Shown: positions 56,302 through 64,000 of the stretch, piece after piece
Numbering within the stretch: position 1 is the first letter of the stretch
How the letters are laid out: each line of letters starts with the position of its first letter
Source of the DNA: a virus
Length of the DNA stretch: 64,000 bases
Strand: one strand, 5' to 3'
Virus record (IMG/VR): IMGVR_UViG_3300046683_000606
Span: 4,570-68,569 of that record
Program-made: the position numbers and the translations under genes
The notes under the pieces: model-generated
The model's input: the letters and a program-made list of their open reading frames with translations, nothing else
Databases searched by the model: none
Told to the model about the DNA's origin: nothing

Positions 56302-57123
56302 ATGCCAAGCATCCCGCAACTCGGTTTTCCGGTCATGGACGAAGTGATGCAACTGGTCCGTTCGCTGGTCAACGATACTTTTCCTGGGATTTTGGGAGCG
56401 CAAGGCAGAATCTTCACCAACAACGCGCAATTCACTATTCCGCTGTTTAATTCGGCTTACCGCAAACTGCAACGCAAACTGCGAACCGAAGGCGCGACAT
56501 TCCCAATCAAGGATAACGTCCAACTGCTGAACCTGACTCCGGTGGTCGCGCAAAATACCAACGTCCAGACCTACGTCGATTTTAACGGCTACTTCGACGG
56601 TACGACCATGCACGACACTCCGAAGCTGCCTAGTGATCTTCTGCAGCCGTATGTCGTCGAGGAGCAAACGGTAGGCACTGGATTCCCGTTTGTTCCGATG
56701 GCTCAACCGGCCGAAGGGCTCCCGTCGGTGCTGCAAGGCTCCATGCTAGAAATGTGGGAATGGCGGAACTACAAGATTTATATGGTCGGCTCGATCGTTA
56801 CCAAGAATCTGCGTATCCGCTATCAGTATTCGAATGTGCCGCTGAACGTTCCTGCAGCCGATTTTGACGTGACTTCGGTTCCGATAATCGATTGTCAGGA
56901 TGCTCTGGCGAACTACATTGCGGCCATGTTTGGAAGGGCGCGCGGAGCCAATCCTCAAGCGGTCGCGGCGCTCGAAGCTGCCGGCGATGACGCCATGAAC
57001 GATATGGCTTTTGAGTATGTTCGCCGCGCTCAAACGGTCACTTACCGTCGTCCGGCTTACGGTAGCGGCGGCTCAAACGATGGTGGCAATGGAACGCTTG
57101 GCCAGACCGGATGGGGCGCTTAA
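56302..57123 (+). CDS. Head-tail adaptor protein
   Basis: VRSLVND, FNSAYRKLQ, LPSDLL, LRIRY, DALANYIAA layout of podoviral adaptors; position. Confidence 0.65.
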   Translation: MPSIPQLGFPVMDEVMQLVRSLVNDTFPGILGAQGRIFTNNAQFTIPLFNSAYRKLQRKLRTEGATFPIKDNVQLLNLTPVVAQNTNVQTYVDFNGYFDGTTMHDTPKLPSDLLQPYVVEEQTVGTGFPFVPMAQPAEGLPSVLQGSMLEMWEWRNYKIYMVGSIVTKNLRIRYQYSNVPLNVPAADFDVTSVPIIDCQDALANYIAAMFGRARGANPQAVAALEAAGDDAMNDMAFEYVRRAQTVTYRRPAYGSGGSNDGGNGTLGQTGWGA

Positions 57124-58133
57124 TGCCGACTTACTACAGATTCGATGGCGTGGTGCGTAGTCCGCAAGGCGAAGCGGTTCCCGGCGTCCTGGTTTATGTG
57201 TGTACGCAGCCGGCGACTACGAGTACTATTCCGCCTACTCCGCTGGCAACGATCTATGCCGATTCAGTTGGAACGGCTCTGGCTAATCCGGTTGTCGTCG
57301 ATGGCAATGGAAACTTCTTTTTCTATGCGGCGACCGGAACGTACACGATTCTTTATTTCGATCCGAACGGCCGGGTACAAACTACCGTCTTTCTCGATCA
57401 GCTTATCGTCACTCCAGGCGCGGGAACGGTTACCAGTATCGCTCTTACCATGCCGGCGGAGTTTAGCGTTGCTGGCTCTCCGGTTGCTACCAATGGCGTT
57501 TTCGCAGTTAGCAAAAACAATCAGAATGCCGGCACGGTTTATGCCGGTCCTGCTTCCGGTCCTGCCGCGGCGCCAACGTTTCAATCTCTGGCCACACTTA
57601 TTACTGCGCTCGGACTTGGTACGGGCACGGTAACCAGCGTTGATGCTTCGATTACCGGAAGCACTTTATTGTCTCTATCGGTAAGCGGAAATCCGATCGT
57701 CACTAGCGGGACGCTCGTTTTTACGGTCAACTTCGCGAATCAAGCGGCCAACAAATTCCTTGCTGGTCCGGCATCCGGCGGTACTGGTCCGGTTACCGCT
57801 CGCCCTGTAGTTGCCGCGGACATTTTTGGGATTACTGCGGTTGCCTTTAGCGCGACTCCGGTATTCGACGCAAGCACTTTTGCCATTCCGACTTTCACCA
57901 TCACTTTAACGGGAAACAACAGTTCAAGCTCGATCACCAATCCGACTGCGGGACAAATCATCACGTTCATCATCACCCAGGACGGAACTGGCGGCCACTC
58001 GTTTGTATGGCCGGCGAACGTGAAGGGCGAATCGAATATCGGACCTGACGCTAATTCGGTCAGCACACAGAGTTTCGTCTACACAGGCAGCGCTTGGCGT
58101 GCAACCGGGCCTGGTTCTGTCAATGCTTCGTAG
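57123..58133 (+). CDS. Tail fibre/fibre-attachment protein
   Basis: LATIYAD....LANPVVVDGNGNFFFY; two GTVTS..GSP..G..NQ.A...AGPASG repeats; ITQDGTGGHSFVWP. Confidence 0.7.
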   Translation: MPTYYRFDGVVRSPQGEAVPGVLVYVCTQPATTSTIPPTPLATIYADSVGTALANPVVVDGNGNFFFYAATGTYTILYFDPNGRVQTTVFLDQLIVTPGAGTVTSIALTMPAEFSVAGSPVATNGVFAVSKNNQNAGTVYAGPASGPAAAPTFQSLATLITALGLGTGTVTSVDASITGSTLLSLSVSGNPIVTSGTLVFTVNFANQAANKFLAGPASGGTGPVTARPVVAADIFGITAVAFSATPVFDASTFAIPTFTITLTGNNSSSSITNPTAGQIITFIITQDGTGGHSFVWPANVKGESNIGPDANSVSTQSFVYTGSAWRATGPGSVNAS

Positions 58134-58222
58134 ATGAATGTTCGCGACGTGAGGCCAAACACGGTTCCATACAAAGAAATGGCCGCGGCGCTAAGGCGCC
58201 GATAGGTGGGGAGGAAACAAGA

Positions 58223-58600
58223 ATGTCTCTAGCGATTACAGTTCAAGCCGGCTATGTGGTGGACAACACCCAGAAGAAAGTCATTATCAGCGGTCGTTTG
58301 CTGATTACCGGAACGGGAAACTATCCTGTCGGCGGCTTGCCGCTAGACTCCGTTCTGCTGGCACTTCCGGAATCGACCACCAACTCCGGTGTCCGTCGTT
58401 GCATTCTGACTTCGGATGTTGGGAGTGGATATATCTGGCAGCGTATTCCCGCTACCGGAAAGATGATGGGTTTGCAGGTTCCGCCTACCGGATCGCTGAC
58501 AACTGCCGCTCCGTTGCAACAGTTGCCAAGCACGGTGAGCGACCTCACTCTGCAAAACGAAGCTATCAATTTCCAGGTGGAGATGTTGCGGAACGCTTAA
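58223..58600 (+). CDS. Small virion (decoration-like) protein
   Basis: SD ggagg; YPVGGLPL, SGY motifs. Confidence 0.55.
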   Translation: MSLAITVQAGYVVDNTQKKVIISGRLLITGTGNYPVGGLPLDSVLLALPESTTNSGVRRCILTSDVGSGYIWQRIPATGKMMGLQVPPTGSLTTAAPLQQLPSTVSDLTLQNEAINFQVEMLRNA

Positions 58601-58621
58601 TTTTGAATCCCAAAGAGGAGG

Positions 58622-58656
58622 ACGGGACTGCGGTAATGCCCGTAGTCCCGTTTTTT
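58622..58656 (+). terminator. Intrinsic terminator-like hairpin
   Basis: acgggactgcgg-taatgc-ccgtagtcccgt then T-run. Confidence 0.75.
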
Positions 58657-58660
58657 CTAT

Positions 58661-61600
58661 ATCTTTAACGCTCTCGATCCAAACGTTCAAGTTCCGCTAA
58701 ATCTTTTTGGCGGTCTCTACACAGAGGCAGACCCGACCTCTTTGCCCGAAGGCGCCAGTCCGCGTGTGATTAATTGCGACTTTGACCTGGGTTCGGTATT
58801 CCAGCGGCCGGGAAAAGAAAGCGCATTTATCTATGACACGTTCCATTTACTCAATCCTGCGTTTACGCAGTCCGCGGGGGATGGCGAACCTTGGAGCGCT
58901 GGCAGCGTAACTCTGAACAATGCAACTCCTGGCGGTCCAGCTAGGGCTGTTCATGTTGCAACAAGCAATGACGCCCACGCTGGAGCAAGTTCCTACACCA
59001 TTACCTGCAGTTTCGGTCAAAGTGGTCCTCTCGTTCTTACTTATGCGGCGGTGGTACAGGGACTCCTTGGAATTTTTCCATCCATTACCGGCATTACCGA
59101 TTCTCTGGGAAATACTTGGCAAGCAATTCAACCGGCAACGCCTTATCTCACATCCAGCAACGACCCAACTAGTTCAGTCAGTTGGGCAATGTACGGATTT
59201 TCTTTTCCTGCCGGCATTCCCAATGGCTTCCAGGTATTCGTAACTCTTTCGGCTCCTCTGAATGCCGGGGCTTCATCGGGAGGATTGCTTGCGCTAACAA
59301 ATTGTTCGTCTATCGATAAGTTTTCATACCACTTGAGCATTGGTCCCGGTGTCGGTGGCGGGAGCATATCTGGAGCGTCAATCACCACGACGCAACCCAC
59401 AATCATTGTGGCTATTTGCGGGGATTGCGCCGCCACTAATCCACCTTCAACAACCGGATATTTTAACGATGGCGGCACGCCGGGATTGCAGGGCGTTTAT
59501 TATGCAGGGGGGATTTTTGGTCCTGGCAATCAGCCGGCAGGAATACACAATCCAGTTTGGTTTAGTCACCAAGAAGCTCTTGTACAAATTCCCTTGGAAG
59601 TGGTTTCGCTTATTCCTTCTGCGTCGAGTCCTGGCTTTCCCGATTCGCAAATCTTGGAATCGCTTAATTTCGGTCCGGCCATTCCTGCGAACTCCAATCC
59701 TTTGACTCCGGCCGCTTGCGGGTGCGGATGCACCGCGGATGGTCAACTGCCTATCTTTGGTTTGGAAGTCCTGATTACTGGAAGTCAGACCGATCTTTCG
59801 CCGGATGCGGTGATTACCGTGCAACTGCAGTTACCAGATGGAACGCTTTCGCCAACTACCTTCACGATTCAACTTCCGTCCAGTCCGGGGACGGTTGTCG
59901 TTGGAAGTCCAACGGAATTGTGGGGCTTAACTCTCTCGACTTCGCTTATCAGCGACCCGAATTTTCAGGTGAATCTCGTTGCGTCTACAACCGGCGGAGA
60001 GTTGGTTACGTTCACCGCGACGGTCCAGCTAAAGGTTTTCACAACTCCCAATCCGCCTCCGGACATAAATTACCTCAAAACTTTCGCGCAGATTGACGGT
60101 GACTTGTACTCGTTGATGCTTGGCAGCGATGGCGTGATGTACCAAGAGGATGTAGTCAACAATCCGAATGTGCTTACCCCGGTCTATACGGCAATCGAGC
60201 CAAACACGTTCGCTGAATCGGCTACGATCGATGACCGCGAATTTATTGCCCTGTCCAATCTATTGAACGGTACGGACATTCCCTACACCTATGATGGGCA
60301 GAATTTCGACCGGCTATCGCAAGTCGGTCCAGGCGCTCCGCCAACGGCTTCTACTTCGACGGCCACGATCGACATTGTGAGCATCACGCAGCCAACGGCT
60401 AAGAGCGACCCTGAACAACCTGGCCAACTTTCGGGAATCCTTTGGTCGAACGGTCCTGGCTCAACGGCTCCCGGCAACGTCCTGACGGTCTATTACGCTA
60501 GGGTGAGCGCGCAACCCCTAGCCGATCCCGACCTGCAACCTGGCGTGGGTGTTGAACTGGCTGGAATCGACGTTCCCGGTCCAAACAACGATTTTAACGG
60601 TCAGACGGTAGACGGCGATTATTTGGTGGTGAGCATCGGGCAAGGCGTTCCACCGGGCGCCCAATTTGAGCGCTGGTACTTCACGGTCACCATGCCGTCA
60701 ACGCAAAGTGTAAATCAAGCGGACCATGAGGAAGGCCACGGACCTTTTGGAACCTATCAGGTCACTACGGCTACACTCACCACTTCGGCGCAAGTGCCTA
60801 ATCTCGAAGTCGGAAACTCTTTGGGCATTTCTGGAACTGGCGGGGCTCCGCCGGCCGGTTATGATGGCACTTGGGTAGTCCAGAAAACTCCGAACGCTTC
60901 ACAGTTGCAAATTACCAGTACTTCGCTGACCGGGAATATCGCGACATTTGGCTTCAACCTGATTACCGGAACGAATCCGGTTGTCGGTCAAGCCGTTACC
61001 GTCTCCGGCACGCTAAACGGCAACGGCATCTTTAACGTGGTGAACGCGGTTATCTCTTCCACTTCGCCGGGAGTCTTTAGCGTTCCGCTCAACAATGCCG
61101 ACATTCCTTCGTCTTCTGAAAGTGGCGCGGGAGTTATTTTCGGGACGATCTTCGTATTCGACCCGCTGAAAGTAGTGGGAAACCGGACGGGCGGCCAACT
61201 GGTCACTATCGGCATCGTGTCTGCCGGCATCCGCAAAGTCTGCTATTCGTTCCTAACCCGCAACGGGTATATGACGGCGCCAAGCCCGATTCTGACTTTT
61301 GACGTGCCTTCGGGAGCTTCGACACTTACGATCGGTAACCTGGCTTCTGGTCCGGATGACGTGGTAGCGAGAGTGGTGCATCTGACGGCAGCCAATGGCG
61401 GAAACTTCTACAACATTCCAATCGACGTGATTGTGATAAGCAACGGTCTGCCGGTCACCAACACTTCGACGTACCTCAAAGACAACACTTCACGCAGTAT
61501 CAATTTGAGTTTTTCTGATGGCGTGCTGCTGGCCGCAACTTCGATCGATACGCAAGGCAACAACCTTTTTGCGACCCTGGAACTGGGAAGCAGTCTGGGA

Positions 61601-63304
61601 ATTATCGAATACGCTTCACGCGCTTTCGCCATTGGCGAGCAAAACAAGGTTCCTAATTTCTTGAACTGGTCTTTTGATGGTGGGTATCTGGAAGTGCCTC
61701 CCGCGGCTCCGGGCATTCCGCTTGGATGGACTCCGACCGCCGGCGGTACTCTGGTCAATTCTCCACTCTTCGGTTTCGCTTACCAGATTGCGAACGCTAC
61801 CGGGAGCACGCAAGCCACGTATGGAATGATTACGCAGCCGGCATTCGTGGATGAATTTCTGGTGCCGATTATCAATGCTTCGACAAAATACAGCGTGCGG
61901 ATCACCGCTGCGGTTGCGGCGGCAACAACCGGCAATCTGGTCGTAGACCTTTACAGTCCCAGTTCCGGATTGGCGCTTGGAACGTTCTCCGTGCCTCTGG
62001 CATCGCTCGGAACCACGATGGACATATTTACCGGGACGCTGCTGACTACGGTTCTCAAGCCCGTTCCAAAGGATTTGATTCTGCGAGTCTACGCTGCGGC
62101 GATTCTGAACGGCGCCGCGGTCACAATCGATCGCGTGGAAGTGTTTCCTACGGAGCAGCCGGTACTCTCAACGCAGATCACCGGAAGCTACGTCAACAAC
62201 TTCGAAGCGTTTGACGAAAGTGGCGAAGGCGGGATTGTAGACACGGCCGGAGAAAACCAACAGCCCGTTCGAAGCGCTTTTGTGATGTTTGACACGCTGT
62301 ATATCGTCAAAAGCGGTTCGCTGCTTTCAACGCAGGACAATTCGCTTACTGAACCTTCCGGATGGAGCATTCGCAATGTCTCCGCTTCGGTGGGAACTCC
62401 CTCTCTTTATGGCGTAACAACAGGAATCGATGAGCCAAACACCGGAGAGGCTTGGGCCATCATTGCCGGACAGGGCGGCGGGTACATTTTCAATGGTGGA
62501 CAGCCGGTAAAGATCACCGAAGAGATTCAACTGCTCTGGAATCTTATCAACTGGCGCTACGGGCATACGCTTTGGGTGAAAAACGACGTTAAGAATCGCC
62601 GGATTCTCTTTGGCGTGCCTCTGAAAACTCCTAATCAGTGGTTGCCGACCGGAATTATTCCCGATGACCAGAATCCGACCACTCCCAACGTGATTCTGAT
62701 GTGCAATTACCGCCAGTTGAACACCGGGGAACAACTGGAAAGCAAAGTTGGCGTGCATGTGTCCTATGCCGGCCGGTTGATCGCTTCGGAACAAACCCGC
62801 AAATGGTCTATCTGGACAATCAAGGCTCCGGCTGCGGCTTTCTTGCGTAGGCCAGACAATACCGATGAACTTTTCCTTGGAAATTCAGACGGCAACGGGA
62901 AAGTATTCGAATTGGTGGACGGCCTAGCTCAAGACGATTGCTCGGCCATGACCCAGATTTACATTACCTATGGATTTGTGACCGACGATGGAGGGCAAGC
63001 CCTGAAAATCGGTTCCATGCGGAATGTCTACACTTATGCGGTGACCCGCGTGGACGGCGCTGGCAATTTGAATCTGCGGACATATCCAAACGACCTGCTT
63101 TCGCCATTTGCTCAAGATTTACTGCCGCGGCTGACTCTGCCGATGATGGCCGCCGGAGATATTGAGGTTCCGCTGAACGAAACGGCAAATCGCTTGTTTT
63201 TTGAGTACAAAACGGATGAAATTGGAGCCAATTTCGACTTGAGCCGGTTGTTGGTGATAACGCAAGAAGACCCTTGGAGTCCGGTGCGCGGAGTGAATTA
63301 CTAA
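58661..63304 (+). CDS. Tail nozzle/stabilisation protein with inserted domains; start codon uncertain
   Basis: N-terminal LFGGL..EADPTSLPEGASP..INCDF and C-terminal propeller-like region (DTLYIVK, YIFNGGQPVKITEEI); frame opens at 58646, first TTG only at 58742. Confidence 0.7.
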   Translation: MFNALDPNVQVPLNLFGGLYTEADPTSLPEGASPRVINCDFDLGSVFQRPGKESAFIYDTFHLLNPAFTQSAGDGEPWSAGSVTLNNATPGGPARAVHVATSNDAHAGASSYTITCSFGQSGPLVLTYAAVVQGLLGIFPSITGITDSLGNTWQAIQPATPYLTSSNDPTSSVSWAMYGFSFPAGIPNGFQVFVTLSAPLNAGASSGGLLALTNCSSIDKFSYHLSIGPGVGGGSISGASITTTQPTIIVAICGDCAATNPPSTTGYFNDGGTPGLQGVYYAGGIFGPGNQPAGIHNPVWFSHQEALVQIPLEVVSLIPSASSPGFPDSQILESLNFGPAIPANSNPLTPAACGCGCTADGQLPIFGLEVLITGSQTDLSPDAVITVQLQLPDGTLSPTTFTIQLPSSPGTVVVGSPTELWGLTLSTSLISDPNFQVNLVASTTGGELVTFTATVQLKVFTTPNPPPDINYLKTFAQIDGDLYSLMLGSDGVMYQEDVVNNPNVLTPVYTAIEPNTFAESATIDDREFIALSNLLNGTDIPYTYDGQNFDRLSQVGPGAPPTASTSTATIDIVSITQPTAKSDPEQPGQLSGILWSNGPGSTAPGNVLTVYYARVSAQPLADPDLQPGVGVELAGIDVPGPNNDFNGQTVDGDYLVVSIGQGVPPGAQFERWYFTVTMPSTQSVNQADHEEGHGPFGTYQVTTATLTTSAQVPNLEVGNSLGISGTGGAPPAGYDGTWVVQKTPNASQLQITSTSLTGNIATFGFNLITGTNPVVGQAVTVSGTLNGNGIFNVVNAVISSTSPGVFSVPLNNADIPSSSESGAGVIFGTIFVFDPLKVVGNRTGGQLVTIGIVSAGIRKVCYSFLTRNGYMTAPSPILTFDVPSGASTLTIGNLASGPDDVVARVVHLTAANGGNFYNIPIDVIVISNGLPVTNTSTYLKDNTSRSINLSFSDGVLLAATSIDTQGNNLFATLELGSSLGIIEYASRAFAIGEQNKVPNFLNWSFDGGYLEVPPAAPGIPLGWTPTAGGTLVNSPLFGFAYQIANATGSTQATYGMITQPAFVDEFLVPIINASTKYSVRITAAVAAATTGNLVVDLYSPSSGLALGTFSVPLASLGTTMDIFTGTLLTTVLKPVPKDLILRVYAAAILNGAAVTIDRVEVFPTEQPVLSTQITGSYVNNFEAFDESGEGGIVDTAGENQQPVRSAFVMFDTLYIVKSGSLLSTQDNSLTEPSGWSIRNVSASVGTPSLYGVTTGIDEPNTGEAWAIIAGQGGGYIFNGGQPVKITEEIQLLWNLINWRYGHTLWVKNDVKNRRILFGVPLKTPNQWLPTGIIPDDQNPTTPNVILMCNYRQLNTGEQLESKVGVHVSYAGRLIASEQTRKWSIWTIKAPAAAFLRRPDNTDELFLGNSDGNGKVFELVDGLAQDDCSAMTQIYITYGFVTDDGGQALKIGSMRNVYTYAVTRVDGAGNLNLRTYPNDLLSPFAQDLLPRLTLPMMAAGDIEVPLNETANRLFFEYKTDEIGANFDLSRLLVITQEDPWSPVRGVNY

Positions 63305-63305
63305 A

Positions 63306-63917
63306 GTGGCCAAAACGAATCCTTCCGCTTTGGACATACAGAAAGAGATTGCCTTCTTGCGTAAACAGGATGGCGGCCAGTGGATTGAGTCCGCTTTACA
63401 GCGAATCGAAGACGCGGTAAACAATATCGGCAAGAATGGAGCGATTCCCCCGAAAGGGCTTTTGCCTCCGCCTCCTACGGTGCAAGCAGTCACCGTAAAA
63501 ACGAATGGAAACGGTTTGGTGCATGCCGTCATTAACGATTCAAACCCGATCGACAAGAATCTGCACTATTTCGTGGAATACGATACTGACCCGGCCTTTC
63601 CGCAACCGCACGTCGCTCACCTTGGCGCTTCGCGGCAGATGGCTCCGGTTACACTCCCCGCAACCGACGATGACGGCAATCCACAAAACTTCTATTTTCG
63701 GGCATACTCGCAATACCCTGGTGGAGCGCCGGGACAAGTCGTACACTTTGGCGGGGAAACTCCGACTCCCGTAGCACCTGGCGGAACACAACAAATGACT
63801 TTGCTTCCCAGTACCGGAAGCGGTACAGCGCAAAATTCAGGACAGCAAGGCGGTTCTGGATTCGGAAAGATTATCAATCGGCCGTCTGCCGGACCAAAGA
63901 GGGCAATCAGCGCGTGA
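63306..63917 (+). CDS. Putative virion protein, FN3-like
   Basis: YFVEYDTDPAF, FYFRAYSQY. Confidence 0.6.
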   Translation: MAKTNPSALDIQKEIAFLRKQDGGQWIESALQRIEDAVNNIGKNGAIPPKGLLPPPPTVQAVTVKTNGNGLVHAVINDSNPIDKNLHYFVEYDTDPAFPQPHVAHLGASRQMAPVTLPATDDDGNPQNFYFRAYSQYPGGAPGQVVHFGGETPTPVAPGGTQQMTLLPSTGSGTAQNSGQQGGSGFGKIINRPSAGPKRAISA

Positions 63918-64000
63918 TTCGCACTTTCGAAGAAAGAGACCTTATCGCACTCGCGGAGATTCATGCCGAAAATGGTCTGCCGCCAAACTGCATGCCTGAC
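63914..64000 (+). CDS. 3'-truncated protein, GNAT-like N-terminus
   Basis: GTGA overlap; MIRTFEERDLIALAEIH. Confidence 0.45.
   Translation, partial: MIRTFEERDLIALAEIHAENGLPPNCMPD

Larger units (their letters stand above)
1..64000. mobile_element. Tailed bacteriophage genome segment (podovirus-like gene set)
   Basis: terS, terL, portal, scaffold, capsid, adaptor and nozzle in canonical order; opposite-strand early region; no host housekeeping genes or att junction seen. Confidence 0.95.

Noticed and set aside
1-64000. tRNA/rRNA genes or stop-codon reassignment
   Set aside because: No cloverleaf or T-loop consensus noticed by eye; genes are intact in the standard code and end in all three stops. 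tRNAscan was not run.

Overview
The whole window is bacteriophage DNA, apparently most of one circularly permuted, podovirus-like tailed-phage genome. It opens inside a large Pro-rich (probably internal virion) protein and ends just after a tail nozzle gene; no tape measure, sheath, integrase, polymerase, helicase or primase is visible. Layout: (1) 1849-10237, a nine-gene glycan operon (five glycosyltransferase genes, an NDP-sugar dehydratase, three SAM methyltransferases) with its own promoter; (2) 10287-23934, structural/adhesin-like genes, four of which carry export signals and paired cysteines, including an 1811-aa protein with ten Ig-like repeats; (3) 23941-27274, candidate lysis genes (holin-like proteins, SleB-type hydrolase, papain-like peptidase, Tat lipoprotein); (4) 27271-41063, leftward early/accessory genes (Bet-type recombinase, KTSC, nuclease, PEP-CTERM protein, DUF932, ArdC-like) around a small HTH regulator; (5) 41213-64000, terS, HNH, terL, small genes including a HiPIP homologue, portal, scaffold, major capsid, GroES, adaptor, fibre and nozzle. 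Domain style suggests a diderm host, possibly Acidobacteriota (inference). The most interesting candidate system is the glycosylation operon next to exported, disulfide-rich fibre-like proteins. All family calls come from motif recognition by eye; no database search was run.
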